A DNA stretch of 36,242 nucleotides from an uncultured Candidatus Bathyarchaeia archaeon (GTDB taxonomy: Archaea; Thermoproteota; Bathyarchaeia; TCS64). The notes under the pieces were generated by a model. It worked only from the letters and a program-made list of their open reading frames with translations, was not told where the DNA came from and made no database searches. The stretch is taken from assembly GCA_964634705.1 (NCBI GenBank), contig CAZWKG010000001.1:1-36242 (forward strand). The letters run 5' to 3'. The translations under genes were made by a program, and so were the position numbers. Positions 16,786 to 25,486 of the stretch are shown here, piece by piece. Each line of letters begins with the position of its first letter. Position 1 is the stretch's first letter.

Positions 16786-17329
16786 TCTCCTCTTGATCTT
16801 CCGCCGAGCTCAGGTTGCGTGCCACCTTAACCATGCTCGCCCTCAGCACCCTCCCCCTGTATAGGTAGCCCTTCCTCACCTCCTCGATCACCGTTCCATC
16901 TGGATGGTCGGGGGACTCCACCTCCAGCACCGCCTCATGCATATGTGGATCGAAAGCCTTCCCTACGGCCTCGATGGGGGACACCCCCTCGCTGTCAAGC
17001 ATCTTCTCCAGCTTCCTTCTCACCATGTCCACGCCTTCGAGGACGCTATCATTTTTCGTCTTCTGGGCTGCCTCAACGGCGAGGTCGAGCTCCTCGACGA
17101 TGGGTAGGAGCCGTATGAGGATACGCTGGTTCACCCGCTCCACCGCCTCTTCGATCCGCCTCTGCATCTGCTTCTGAAGGTTATCTAGGTCGGCTCGGGC
17201 GTATTTGAGCTTGTTGAGGTATGTCTCAGCCTTCTCCCTCGCCTCTAGGAGGGTCGCCTCCAGTTCCTCAACTCTATGCTTACAGCTCTTCTTCTTGTCG
17301 GCTTTTCCCTCCTTAGGCTTTTGAGACAT
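16772..17329 (-). CDS. grpE: nucleotide exchange factor GrpE
   Basis: 185 aa. It has a coiled-coil N-terminus, then [11 protein letters not shown] and FDPHMHEAV. It lies immediately upstream of dnaK and overlaps it. Confidence 0.9.
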   Translation of the reverse strand: MSQKPKEGKADKKKSCKHRVEELEATLLEAREKAETYLNKLKYARADLDNLQKQMQRRIEEAVERVNQRILIRLLPIVEELDLAVEAAQKTKNDSVLEGVDMVRRKLEKMLDSEGVSPIEAVGKAFDPHMHEAVLEVESPDHPDGTVIEEVRKGYLYRGRVLRASMVKVARNLSSAEDQEENEDE

Positions 17330-17378
17330 CCCTAGGCCTCCGAACTCGGCTTCCGCTGTCTATGAAACATCCTCTGAT

Positions 17379-18737
17379 TTATTTTCTTTGCGGAAGGCGG
17401 CCACGAAGTTGCTCGACCACCCTGTCAACCTGCTCGACCGCCGTCCCCAGATAGTTCTCAGGCATCAGCCACTCTTTCAGCTCCTCCGCCATTACGAGCT
17501 TAGACGCCTCAGAATCCTCGAGTATCACCTCCCTGAGGCTCCGCCTCTCCTGCAAACACTTCATGGCTAGGCGGCGGAGCATCTCGTGGGCCTCCTGCCG
17601 GCCTACACCCTTCCGAACTAGCTCGAGCATGACCCGCTCTGTGAGGCAGAGGCCGAGGGTGAGGTCGAGGTTGCGGCGTATGTTCTCATGGTTGAAGACA
17701 AGCCCCCTAAGGATGGAGGTCATCTGCTTGAGGATGTAGTCTGTGAGGATGAACCCTTCGGGAATGGTGATCCGCTCAAGTGAGGAGTTGGTCAGGTCTC
17801 GCTCATGCTCCAGGGCTATTGTCTCCAGGGATGGGGTGACACTGCTTCGGATGACCCTGGCAAGGCCGCAGACCCTCTCGGTCTTTTGGGGGTTACGCTT
17901 ATGGGGCATCGTAGAGGAGCCGACCTGGCCGCGGCGGAAGGGTTCGAAGACCTCCGCGATCTCGGTCCGCTGCAGGTTCCTGACCTCCCTCCCAACTTTG
18001 TCTAAGGTGCCCGCGATCAACGCCAGCAGGCACTGCAGCTCTGCGTGGCGATCCCGCTGGACGATCTGACTCGCGATAATCACCGGCTCGAGGCCGAGGC
18101 GCTCCATGGTGAGCCGCTGGATGTCGAAGCCCTTTGAGCCAAAGCTGGCCATCGTGCCGACGGCGCCGCTCATCTTACCGACCAGCATCCGCCGCCGCAC
18201 CTCCTCCAGCCTGTCGAGGTGTCTAGCGACCTCGGCTGCCCAGAGGGCGAATTTCATCCCGTATGTTGTGGGGAGGGCGTGCTGGCCGTGGGTCCTGCCG
18301 ACGCAGATGGTCTCCCTGTGGGCCTCCGCCTGGTCGAGGAGGGTCCTCAAAAGCTCCAATAGGTCATCCTCGAGTATCCTAAGGGCGTCCCGGAGCTGGA
18401 GGGCGAGGGCGGTGTCGACGATGTCGTAGCTGGTGGCGCCTAGGTGGACGTAGTTTCCGGCGTCGCTTTCACACACCTCCGTGAGGGCCCGGACCATCGC
18501 CATGATGTCGTGGTGGGTCTCCCGCTCTATCTCCTTGACCCGATCCAGCTTGACGATGCCGACCTTCGCCTTGCGGGCTATCTCCTCCGCCGCCTCTTGG
18601 GGGATGGAGCCGAGCTGGGCATGGGCCCAGGCGAGGGCGGCCTCGACATCAAGCCACTTCTGGAGCCTGACCTCCTCCGTGAAGACTTTCTTCATCTCAG
18701 GGTGGAAATATCTGAACTCGATGGGGTGGACAGGCAT
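17379..18737 (-). CDS. purB: adenylosuccinate lyase
   Basis: 452 aa. It carries the fumarate-lyase signature GSSTMPHKRNP and the N-terminus YFHPEMKKVFTEE.... Confidence 0.93.
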   Translation of the reverse strand: MPVHPIEFRYFHPEMKKVFTEEVRLQKWLDVEAALAWAHAQLGSIPQEAAEEIARKAKVGIVKLDRVKEIERETHHDIMAMVRALTEVCESDAGNYVHLGATSYDIVDTALALQLRDALRILEDDLLELLRTLLDQAEAHRETICVGRTHGQHALPTTYGMKFALWAAEVARHLDRLEEVRRRMLVGKMSGAVGTMASFGSKGFDIQRLTMERLGLEPVIIASQIVQRDRHAELQCLLALIAGTLDKVGREVRNLQRTEIAEVFEPFRRGQVGSSTMPHKRNPQKTERVCGLARVIRSSVTPSLETIALEHERDLTNSSLERITIPEGFILTDYILKQMTSILRGLVFNHENIRRNLDLTLGLCLTERVMLELVRKGVGRQEAHEMLRRLAMKCLQERRSLREVILEDSEASKLVMAEELKEWLMPENYLGTAVEQVDRVVEQLRGRLPQRK

Positions 18738-18858
18738 AAAACCTCCCCTGATACTATTCAGCCTGTGAACAGATAAGCATTCTTCGAGTTAGACCCAAAA
18801 CTTTACCCTGAAGTTTTATACAGATGTTGGAGAGCATTCATAAGAGTCCGTTTTCCGG

Positions 18859-19671
18859 ATGGGATGGGATGAGATGAGCGACGGCTTGAACATCATCGTC
18901 TGCATCAAGCAGGTCCCCGAGACGACTGAGGTGGAGATCGACCCCGAGACGGGGAGGCTGAAGAGGGAGGAGGTGGCCGCCGTCGTCAACCCCTTCGACG
19001 AGTTCGCCGTCGAGGAGGGGCTCCGGCTGAAGGAGAGGTACGGCGGCACAGTGAAGGCCTTAACCATGGGCCCGCCGATGGCGGAGGCAGCCCTTCGTGA
19101 TGCTGTCGCGATGGGCTGCGACGAGGCTTGGCTCGCTACGGACAGGGTCTTCGCCGGCGCCGACACCCTTGCGACAAGCTACACCCTGAGCCTATGCATA
19201 GAGAAGATGGTCCCCTACGATCTCATCATCTGCGGGTTGAAGACGACGGACGGAGACACAGGCCAGGTCGGCCCAGAGCTCGCGGAGCACCTTGGCATAC
19301 CACACATCTGCTACGTCAACAAGGTTTTAGAGGTCTCCGACAGCACGATCCGGGTCACTCGGATGCTGGACGACGGCGTCGAGACGCTGGAGGCGCCTCT
19401 CCCCGCGCTGATCACGGTGACTAAGGAGATCAATCAGCCTCGGCTGGCGACTCTCCGAGGAAGGCTGAAGGCGAGGAAGGCGGAGATCATGCAGCTGACA
19501 TCGAAGGATGTCGGCGGCAATCCCGACAGGTTCGGCTTGGACGGCTCCGCCACCCGAGTCATAAAGGTCTTCACCCCCGAGCCTCCAGACGGCGGAGAGG
19601 TTGTCGAGGGTTCTCCAGACGAACTGGCCGATAGAATCGTGGAGAAGCTCGTCGAGTGCAAGGTGATCTGA
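18859..19671 (+). CDS. etfB: electron transfer flavoprotein beta subunit (EtfB/LctB-like)
   Basis: It has NIIVCIKQVPE...NPFDEFAVEEGLRLKE and TTDGDTGQVGPELAEHLGIP. The likely true start is Met at 18874 (MSDGLNIIV). A ttttataca box lies about 40-45 nt upstream of the track start. Confidence 0.92.
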   Translation: MGWDEMSDGLNIIVCIKQVPETTEVEIDPETGRLKREEVAAVVNPFDEFAVEEGLRLKERYGGTVKALTMGPPMAEAALRDAVAMGCDEAWLATDRVFAGADTLATSYTLSLCIEKMVPYDLIICGLKTTDGDTGQVGPELAEHLGIPHICYVNKVLEVSDSTIRVTRMLDDGVETLEAPLPALITVTKEINQPRLATLRGRLKARKAEIMQLTSKDVGGNPDRFGLDGSATRVIKVFTPEPPDGGEVVEGSPDELADRIVEKLVECKVI

Positions 19672-19672
19672 T

Positions 19673-20881
19673 ATGAGCGGCGAGCAAGACAGCCCCATAT
19701 CCGTCTCGATGGAGAAATGTATCGGCTGCGGCCTCTGCGTCCCCGCCTGCCCCTTCGGCGCAATCACACTCGTAGACGAGTTCCCAGTCATCAGCGAGGA
19801 CTGCAGGCTGTGCGGCGCCTGCGTGGAGGCCTGTCCACAGGATGCCATCACCATCAGGGAGATCAGGATGGAGGTCGACCTCTCTGCATACAGGGGCGTC
19901 CTAATCTTCGCTGAGCAGAGACAGGGAAGTGTTCATCCAGTCGCCTATGAGCTTCTGGGCAAGGGGAGGGAGCTCGCGGAACAGCTTGGGGAGCCCCTCT
20001 ACGCCGTCATCATAGGGAGCAGCGTCCGAAAGGGGGCTGAGGATCTGGTGGCCCGAGGCGCCGACAAAGTATTCGTCTACGACCACCCGGCCCTCGCCGA
20101 CTTCCGGGACGACCCCTACTCGGGACTGCTCGTGGAGCAGGTGCGGGAGGGGAAGCCGAGCATCTTCCTCATCGGCGCCACCGCTATAGGCCGCTCCCTG
20201 GGGCCAAAGGTGGCCGCTTGCTTGGAGACGGGGCTGACGGCTGACTGCACCGGTCTTGAGATCGACCCAGAGAACCGGCTGCTCGTCCAGACACGGCCTG
20301 CCTTCGGCGGCAACATCATGGCGACCATCATCTGCCCAAACAGGCGGCCTCAGATGGCCACCGTCCGTTACAAGGTGATGCCAGAGGCCGAGCGAGACCC
20401 GAAGCGGAAGGGTGAGATCGTGGAGAAGTCTGTCGACTTGGGACACCTCGCAGACAGGGTCAAGGTGCTGGACTTCCAGCCGGCGGCGGAGGAGGTGAGC
20501 ATCGTCGACGCGGACATCGTTGTCTCGGGCGGCAAGGGTCTCGGCGACCCTAAGGGGTTCGAACTGGTAGAGAAGCTCGCCCGAGTCCTCGGAGGAGCCG
20601 TCGGCGCTAGCAGGCCGACTGTCGACGAGGGTTGGATAGAGTACCGCCACCAGGTTGGGCTGAGCGGCCGCACCGTCCGCCCGAAGCTCTACATGGCCTG
20701 CGGAATCTCCGGGGCGGTCCAGCACCTGGCTGGGATGAAGACCTCGGACATCATCATCGCCATCAACAAGGACAGGGAGGCCCCCATCTTCTCCGTCTCG
20801 TCGTTGGGGGCCGTCGGCGACCTCTACGAGGTCATCCCCCGACTCATCGAGAAGATAGAGGAGTACAGGAAAAATGACTGA
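19673..20881 (+). CDS. etfA: electron transfer flavoprotein alpha subunit with an N-terminal 2x[4Fe-4S] ferredoxin domain (LctC/CarE-like)
   Basis: 402 aa. It has two CxxCxxCxxxCP motifs ([24 protein letters not shown]). The C-terminal FAD block is [20 protein letters not shown]...IIAINKD. The start is 1 nt after the etfB stop. Confidence 0.92.
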   Translation: MSGEQDSPISVSMEKCIGCGLCVPACPFGAITLVDEFPVISEDCRLCGACVEACPQDAITIREIRMEVDLSAYRGVLIFAEQRQGSVHPVAYELLGKGRELAEQLGEPLYAVIIGSSVRKGAEDLVARGADKVFVYDHPALADFRDDPYSGLLVEQVREGKPSIFLIGATAIGRSLGPKVAACLETGLTADCTGLEIDPENRLLVQTRPAFGGNIMATIICPNRRPQMATVRYKVMPEAERDPKRKGEIVEKSVDLGHLADRVKVLDFQPAAEEVSIVDADIVVSGGKGLGDPKGFELVEKLARVLGGAVGASRPTVDEGWIEYRHQVGLSGRTVRPKLYMACGISGAVQHLAGMKTSDIIIAINKDREAPIFSVSSLGAVGDLYEVIPRLIEKIEEYRKND

Positions 20882-22274
20882 ATATGGTAAGGTGACGCCT
20901 GAGGTCCGGCGTAGGCTTGAGGAGATCGTTGGAGCCCAGCACATCTCAGATGCCGCGGAGGACTTGGAGAAGCACGGGGTGGACGAGAGCTTGGAACCGC
21001 TCCATCCGCCCGAGGTGGTGGTGAGGCCCGGAAGCACAGAGGAGGTCTCAGCCGTCATGAGGCTCGCCTACGAGGAGCGGATACCCGTCACGCCCCAGGG
21101 GTCTAGGACGGGGCTCAGTGGCGGCGCCCACCCGGTGTACGGAGGCATCGCCCTCAGCCTTGAGAGGATGAACCGGATCTTGGAGATCGATGAGGAGAAC
21201 CTGATGGCAGTCGTTGAGCCCGGCGTCCTCATCATGGATCTCCACGAGGAGACCGAGAAACTTGGCCTCCTCTACCCGCCTGACCCGGGCCAGGAGTCGG
21301 GGAGCATCGGCGGGAACATATCGACAAACGCCGGAGGCGTCAGGGGGATGAAGTACGGGGTCACCCGCGACTTCGTCCAGGGGCTGGAGGCGGTCCTGCC
21401 GGACGGCGAGGTGATACGCATCGGCGGCAAGATCGTCAAGAAATCCACGGGGTACGAGCTCATCGACCTCATCATCGGCTCAGAGGGGACCCTCGCTGTC
21501 GTCACCAAGGCTACGCTGAGGCTGGTCCCAAAGCCGAGGCACACAGCCCTCGTCTACGTCCCCTTCGATTCGACTAGGTCGGCGGCCCAGGCCGTCTCTG
21601 AGATGGTCCGGAGGAAGGTGGTCCCCTACGCTCTGGAGTATATGCCGCGCCACGCTGTGCTTACGGCGGAGCGATACCTGGGGTGGAGCCTACCCGACCA
21701 CGACCACCCGGCCTACCTGCTCATCGGGGTTGAGGGGAACAGCATGGATGAGGTGGATGGGGCGCTGGAGACAGTCGGCGAGGTCTGCTTGGAGATGGGG
21801 GCCGTCGACGCCTACGTGGCGGACACCCAGGCCCGGCAGCAGCAGCTCTGGGAGGCCCGGAAGTGCCTCTTTGACGCCTACAAGGCCTTCTGGGAGATCG
21901 ACGAGGTCGACATCTGCGTCCCCCGGAGCCGGATCCCGGACTACATCGAGGGGGCCGAGGAGGTAGCGGAACGCCACGGCGTCCTCATCGTGAACATCGG
22001 CCACGCCGGCGACGGGAACGTCCACAGCATCATCGCAAGGGGCGAACTGGCGGAGGACAAGTGGCGAGAGAAACTGGACGCTGTCATCGCCGAACTCATC
22101 GAAATCGGCCTGAGCCTAGGCGGGACCGTCTCGGGGGAGCACGGCGTCGGCTACACGAAGAAGCAGTACCTGCCGATGCAGGTCGGTCGAACCCAGGTGG
22201 AGCTGATGAAGGCCGTCAAGAGGGCCTTCGATCCCTGCAACATCCTAAACCCGGGGAAGGTCTTCGACCTCTAG
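20874..22274 (+). CDS. FAD-linked oxidase, GlcD / D-lactate dehydrogenase family (LctD-like)
   Basis: 466 aa. It has an FAD_binding_4-like N-half (VVRPGSTEEVSAVMRLA...PVTPQGSRTGLSGGA) and a C-terminal GEHGVGYTKKQYL. Its ATG overlaps the etfA stop by 8 nt (ATGACTGA). Confidence 0.9.
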   Translation: MTEYGKVTPEVRRRLEEIVGAQHISDAAEDLEKHGVDESLEPLHPPEVVVRPGSTEEVSAVMRLAYEERIPVTPQGSRTGLSGGAHPVYGGIALSLERMNRILEIDEENLMAVVEPGVLIMDLHEETEKLGLLYPPDPGQESGSIGGNISTNAGGVRGMKYGVTRDFVQGLEAVLPDGEVIRIGGKIVKKSTGYELIDLIIGSEGTLAVVTKATLRLVPKPRHTALVYVPFDSTRSAAQAVSEMVRRKVVPYALEYMPRHAVLTAERYLGWSLPDHDHPAYLLIGVEGNSMDEVDGALETVGEVCLEMGAVDAYVADTQARQQQLWEARKCLFDAYKAFWEIDEVDICVPRSRIPDYIEGAEEVAERHGVLIVNIGHAGDGNVHSIIARGELAEDKWREKLDAVIAELIEIGLSLGGTVSGEHGVGYTKKQYLPMQVGRTQVELMKAVKRAFDPCNILNPGKVFDL

Positions 22275-22696
22275 AACTCCCTGTAGGCCTCTGCGAGTGG
22301 GTGGCCTATGCAGCTCAGGCTGAAGGCCTTGTACCAGCCGAAGGGCGACTTGTGCACCTCTATTCCCTCCTCCGCCAGGCGCTCCCCCAGCCTTTTCAGG
22401 AACCCCTTGGCCAGCCGGGCGGAGCCAAGGCTCTTCGACAGATGCGCATAGGGGTAGAGGAGGACGCGGCTGCACCTGAGCCGTGAGGTGTCGACCTTCA
22501 GGTTCTCTATGAACCCTTCGATGATCTCCTCGACTCTAGGCTCGTCCTTCTTCTCGAAGCAGATGAGGCAGACGAGGACGTCCTCGAGGTGGTCCTCCCT
22601 CGGTTCTGGAGGCTGCTCGGCGACGGGCGTCTCCTTCCGGATCTGGTAGCTGAACTCCGAACAGTGGAGTTGGAGCACTCTCATGGAACACACCAC
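22271..22696 (-). CDS. free-standing archaeal-type threonyl-tRNA synthetase editing domain (tRNA-Thr_ED / DTD-like fold)
   Basis: 141 aa, with the likely start at ATG 22684 (MRVLQLH...). It matches my recollection of the Pyrococcus ThrRS N-terminal editing domain closely: MRVLLIHSD.., YP[FY]AHLS and PFGWYKAF..SC.GHPL.E. Here those read LLYPYAHLS and SPFGWYKAFSLSCIGHPLAE. Confidence 0.8.
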   Translation of the reverse strand: MVCSMRVLQLHCSEFSYQIRKETPVAEQPPEPREDHLEDVLVCLICFEKKDEPRVEEIIEGFIENLKVDTSRLRCSRVLLYPYAHLSKSLGSARLAKGFLKRLGERLAEEGIEVHKSPFGWYKAFSLSCIGHPLAEAYREF

Positions 22697-22793
22697 TGTT
22701 TAAACCCTATAAAAGGGTATTAGATGTTTTTCATCGTCTGCAGCCCTCGACTGTCGGCTCTCTTGTCTGATAGATCCAATCTAATCACGAGGT

Positions 22794-23897
22794 CTAAACC
22801 GCTTTCAACATAGAGAGAAGGATAGGCGCGTAGGTGAGGATGGCACCTCCAGCAGCTACAGAGGCTATCTGGCCGCCGACGTTGGCAGCCAGAGCCTGAG
22901 GCAACAACCAGTTGTCAGGGTCCTCCTCTCTCCCGAGGAGATGGGCAGTCCGGGCGGCCATGGGGAAAGCAGAGACACCGCAGGCGCCGATGAGGGGATT
23001 GACCCTGCCGCTGGTTAGGATGCAGGCGGCCTTGGCGAACAGGAGCCCCAGGGCGAGAGCCGAGACGAAGGCGACAAGCCCAAGGGAAAAGACCGTGAGG
23101 GTCGTCGGGTTCAGGAACGCCTCAGCCCTCATGGTCCCGCCTATGGAGAGGCCGAGGAGGAGGGTGACGATGTTCGCCAGCTCGTTCTGGGCCGCCTCTG
23201 AGAGGCGCTTGACGACTCCGCTCTCCCTCATCAGGTTCCCCAGCATCAGGCACCCCATCAAGGGGGCCCCCTGGGGGGCCAGCAGGCTGGAGATGAGGAA
23301 GATGGCGACGGGGAAGGCGACCCTGACAGGGCGAGGCAGCTCCGCTGAGGAGTGTTCCATCCTCACTCGGCGCTCGCGACCGGTGGTCAACAGCCTCGAC
23401 AGGGGGACCTGGAGCAGGGGCACCAGAGACATATACGAGTAGGCGCAGACCGCCACGGGTCCCAGAAGGCGTGGAGCGAACCGCTGGGCGACGAATATGG
23501 CGGTGGGCCCGTCCATAGCCCCTATGATGCTGATGCTGCTCGCCTCGAGGGGGGCGAATCCGAGAGCCAGCGCGAGGTTGAGGGTGACGAAGATGCCGAG
23601 CTGGCCGGCGGCGGCGAACACCAGCAGCGTCGGTCGCCTTATGAGGCCTGAGAAGTCGCACATGGCGCCTATGCCGATGAATAGAAGGGAGGGGAGCAGC
23701 TCTGTCTCGATGCCGTAGACTCGGAGGATGTGGAGGATGCCCCCTGGCTCGGCGAGACCGGCGAAGGGGATGTTCGCGAGGACCGCTCCGAAGCCTATGG
23801 GGAGCAGCAGAAGAGGCTCATACCTCTTGGCGACTGCGAGATAGACAAGGACGAGGCCGACCCCAACCATGAGGAGGCTTCCGGCGAAGGCCCACAC
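22794..23897 (-). CDS. Na+-translocating biotin-dependent decarboxylase, beta (membrane pump) subunit (OadB/MmdB/GcdB family)
   Basis: 367 aa with a GTG start, polytopic. It has YEPLLLLPIGFGAVLANIP and GACGVSAFPMAART blocks typical of the family. Confidence 0.88.
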   Translation of the reverse strand: MWAFAGSLLMVGVGLVLVYLAVAKRYEPLLLLPIGFGAVLANIPFAGLAEPGGILHILRVYGIETELLPSLLFIGIGAMCDFSGLIRRPTLLVFAAAGQLGIFVTLNLALALGFAPLEASSISIIGAMDGPTAIFVAQRFAPRLLGPVAVCAYSYMSLVPLLQVPLSRLLTTGRERRVRMEHSSAELPRPVRVAFPVAIFLISSLLAPQGAPLMGCLMLGNLMRESGVVKRLSEAAQNELANIVTLLLGLSIGGTMRAEAFLNPTTLTVFSLGLVAFVSALALGLLFAKAACILTSGRVNPLIGACGVSAFPMAARTAHLLGREEDPDNWLLPQALAANVGGQIASVAAGGAILTYAPILLSMLKAV

Positions 23898-23912
23898 GGC
23901 GCATCCAACCGA

Positions 23913-24278
23913 CTACGAGATGAGGATCAGCTTCTCGCCCCGGCCCACCTGCTGCCCAGTATCGACGTAGACCTCCTTGACGACACCGCCCATGGGGGCG
24001 TAGACCTCGTTCTCCATCTTCATCGCCTCCAGCACCAGCAGCACCGACCCAGCCTCGACATGGTCGCCGACACCCACTCTGACTTCAGAGACGACCCCAG
24101 GTAGGGGCGCCATGATCAGTCCCTCACCTTCCGCCCGAACCATCTCCTCAGCCCGTTTAGGGGCTGCAGCTACCGGCCGCTCAGCCGAAGACGCCTCGCC
24201 CATGCGAGCCGCCTCGATCTCCTCGACATCGACGATGAAGGTCTCCCCATCCACCGTCACCTTGAACCTACGTTTCAT
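23913..24278 (-). CDS. biotin carboxyl carrier subunit (biotinyl domain; OadA-C/MmdC/GcdC-like)
   Basis: 121 aa. It has an Ala/Pro-rich linker followed by the biotinyl-lysine motif LEAMKMENEV. Confidence 0.9.
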   Translation of the reverse strand: MKRRFKVTVDGETFIVDVEEIEAARMGEASSAERPVAAAPKRAEEMVRAEGEGLIMAPLPGVVSEVRVGVGDHVEAGSVLLVLEAMKMENEVYAPMGGVVKEVYVDTGQQVGRGEKLILIS

Positions 24279-24568
24279 CGAAACCGCTCTCCCTCCATCA
24301 TCAATGCTTCGATCTTTGCAACGGCTGACCAGCGAGACTCCGCTGGAACTCTGAGCCGGGGATGTCGATCTCCATCAAGGCCCATGTAGTAGTGGACCGC
24401 GGCTGTCGCTGCCAACCTCGCAAGTTTTCGTCGGTCGGGGTGAGGTGTCCCTGCCCGCCTACTGATGAGCCTCAGCAGCACCTCGCACGCGGCCACCACG
24501 GCGAGGAAGGTGATGAACACGACGGCGATGCCGATAAGCGACATGTAGACGCCGAAGACGAGGGACAC
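24275..24568 (-). CDS. small membrane subunit of the decarboxylase (OadG/MmdD-like)
   Basis: 97 aa. It has a single N-terminal TM, SLIGIAVVFITFLAVVAA, as in the OadG family. It overlaps the BCCP gene start by 4 nt (ATGA). Confidence 0.6.
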   Translation of the reverse strand: MSLVFGVYMSLIGIAVVFITFLAVVAACEVLLRLISRRAGTPHPDRRKLARLAATAAVHYYMGLDGDRHPRLRVPAESRWSAVAKIEALMMEGERFR

Positions 24569-24738
24569 CGTGATCAGCCCATCCTACCATCGCCAAGACA
24601 CGATTTAAAATTATGCAAAGACATACTAAACTGCCCACATATACATATCAGGACCCCATAAAGTCTTTATAATAGAATCTTAGACGGGAATGTTTTTTTC
24701 TGTAGACCTCTAATTATTATCGGAGACTGAATCCAGGC

Positions 24739-25455
24739 TTGCAATGGCGTATCAGAAGACCTGGGCGGATCCCATCGACCCAGGAGGCGGCTAGGGCCTT
24801 CTTCGAGGCGGGTTCAGCCGAGGGGACGGTCGTAATCGCCCAGGCTCAGACGGAGGGGAGGGGGCGCGAAGGCCGGGTATGGCATTCTCCCTCGGGTGGC
24901 CTCTATATGACCGCGGTGCTTCGGCCCGTGGGAGGCGTCGGCCTCATCCCCTTGATGGCGGGGGTGGCTGTCGCAGAGACGATTATAGTCGACCTTGGGG
25001 TAGAGGCTAGGCTGAAGTGGCCGAACGATGTCCTTGTAGGTAAGAGGAAGGTCGGTGGCATCCTCGCGGAGACTGCTTGGTCCCAAGGCGAGGCAAGGCA
25101 TACGCTCCTGGGGATCGGGGTCAACCTCAACAACCAGCTTCCCCCAGACCTGCCTGAGGCCACCACTCTTTTGGCCGAGCTGGGTGAAGAGGTAGACATC
25201 GAACAGTTTCTGTACGACCTGCTGGAGAGGCTGGGCCAACGCTTCAGGCTCTTGGAGAGAAAGCCCAGCAGGATACTGGATGCATGGAGAGCGTTGTCCT
25301 CCACCTTGGGGAGGCGTGTCGAGGTCGTGGTCGATTCGGGGGAGAAGATTCAAGGCGTCGCCGTCGACATCGATCAGGATGGGGTCCTCCTCCTCGATAC
25401 GGGCTGCGGGAGGAGAGGGGTCGTCTCGGGGAGCCTCAAGGAACGTTACCGTTAA
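24739..25455 (+). CDS. birA: biotin--protein ligase (group I, no N-terminal HTH)
   Basis: 238 aa with a TTG start. It has GRGREGRVWHSPSGGLYMT (the GRGRxGRxW motif) and KWPNDVLVGKRKVGGILAE. It is divergent from the biotin decarboxylase operon. Confidence 0.88.
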   Translation: MQWRIRRPGRIPSTQEAARAFFEAGSAEGTVVIAQAQTEGRGREGRVWHSPSGGLYMTAVLRPVGGVGLIPLMAGVAVAETIIVDLGVEARLKWPNDVLVGKRKVGGILAETAWSQGEARHTLLGIGVNLNNQLPPDLPEATTLLAELGEEVDIEQFLYDLLERLGQRFRLLERKPSRILDAWRALSSTLGRRVEVVVDSGEKIQGVAVDIDQDGVLLLDTGCGRRGVVSGSLKERYR

Positions 25456-25486
25456 GTTATGAGCCGCACAGGCTTTACTGAAGACT

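Noticed and set aside
19901-21058. 385-aa minus-strand ORF, with other long antisense ORFs of the same kind: 1856..2614 (+), 12556..13125 (+), 24814..25509 (-), 25943..26731 (-), 15194..15796 (+).
   Set aside because: Each lies fully inside, and antisense to, a gene with unmistakable family motifs (etfA/glcD-like, the AstE-like gene, dnaJ, birA, the aminotransferase, dnaK). Their translations are Arg/Pro/Gly/Ala-rich low-complexity sequence, typical of stop-poor antisense frames in ~62% GC DNA.
24739-24800. Possible frameshift at the birA 5' end. ATG 24743 in another frame reads MAYQKTWADPIDPGGG*, while the track ORF starts at TTG with only 12 residues before the STQ (STN-like) motif.
   Set aside because: The short alternative ORF carries no BirA-like sequence. 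Group I ligases can have short N-termini, so a TTG start is adequate.
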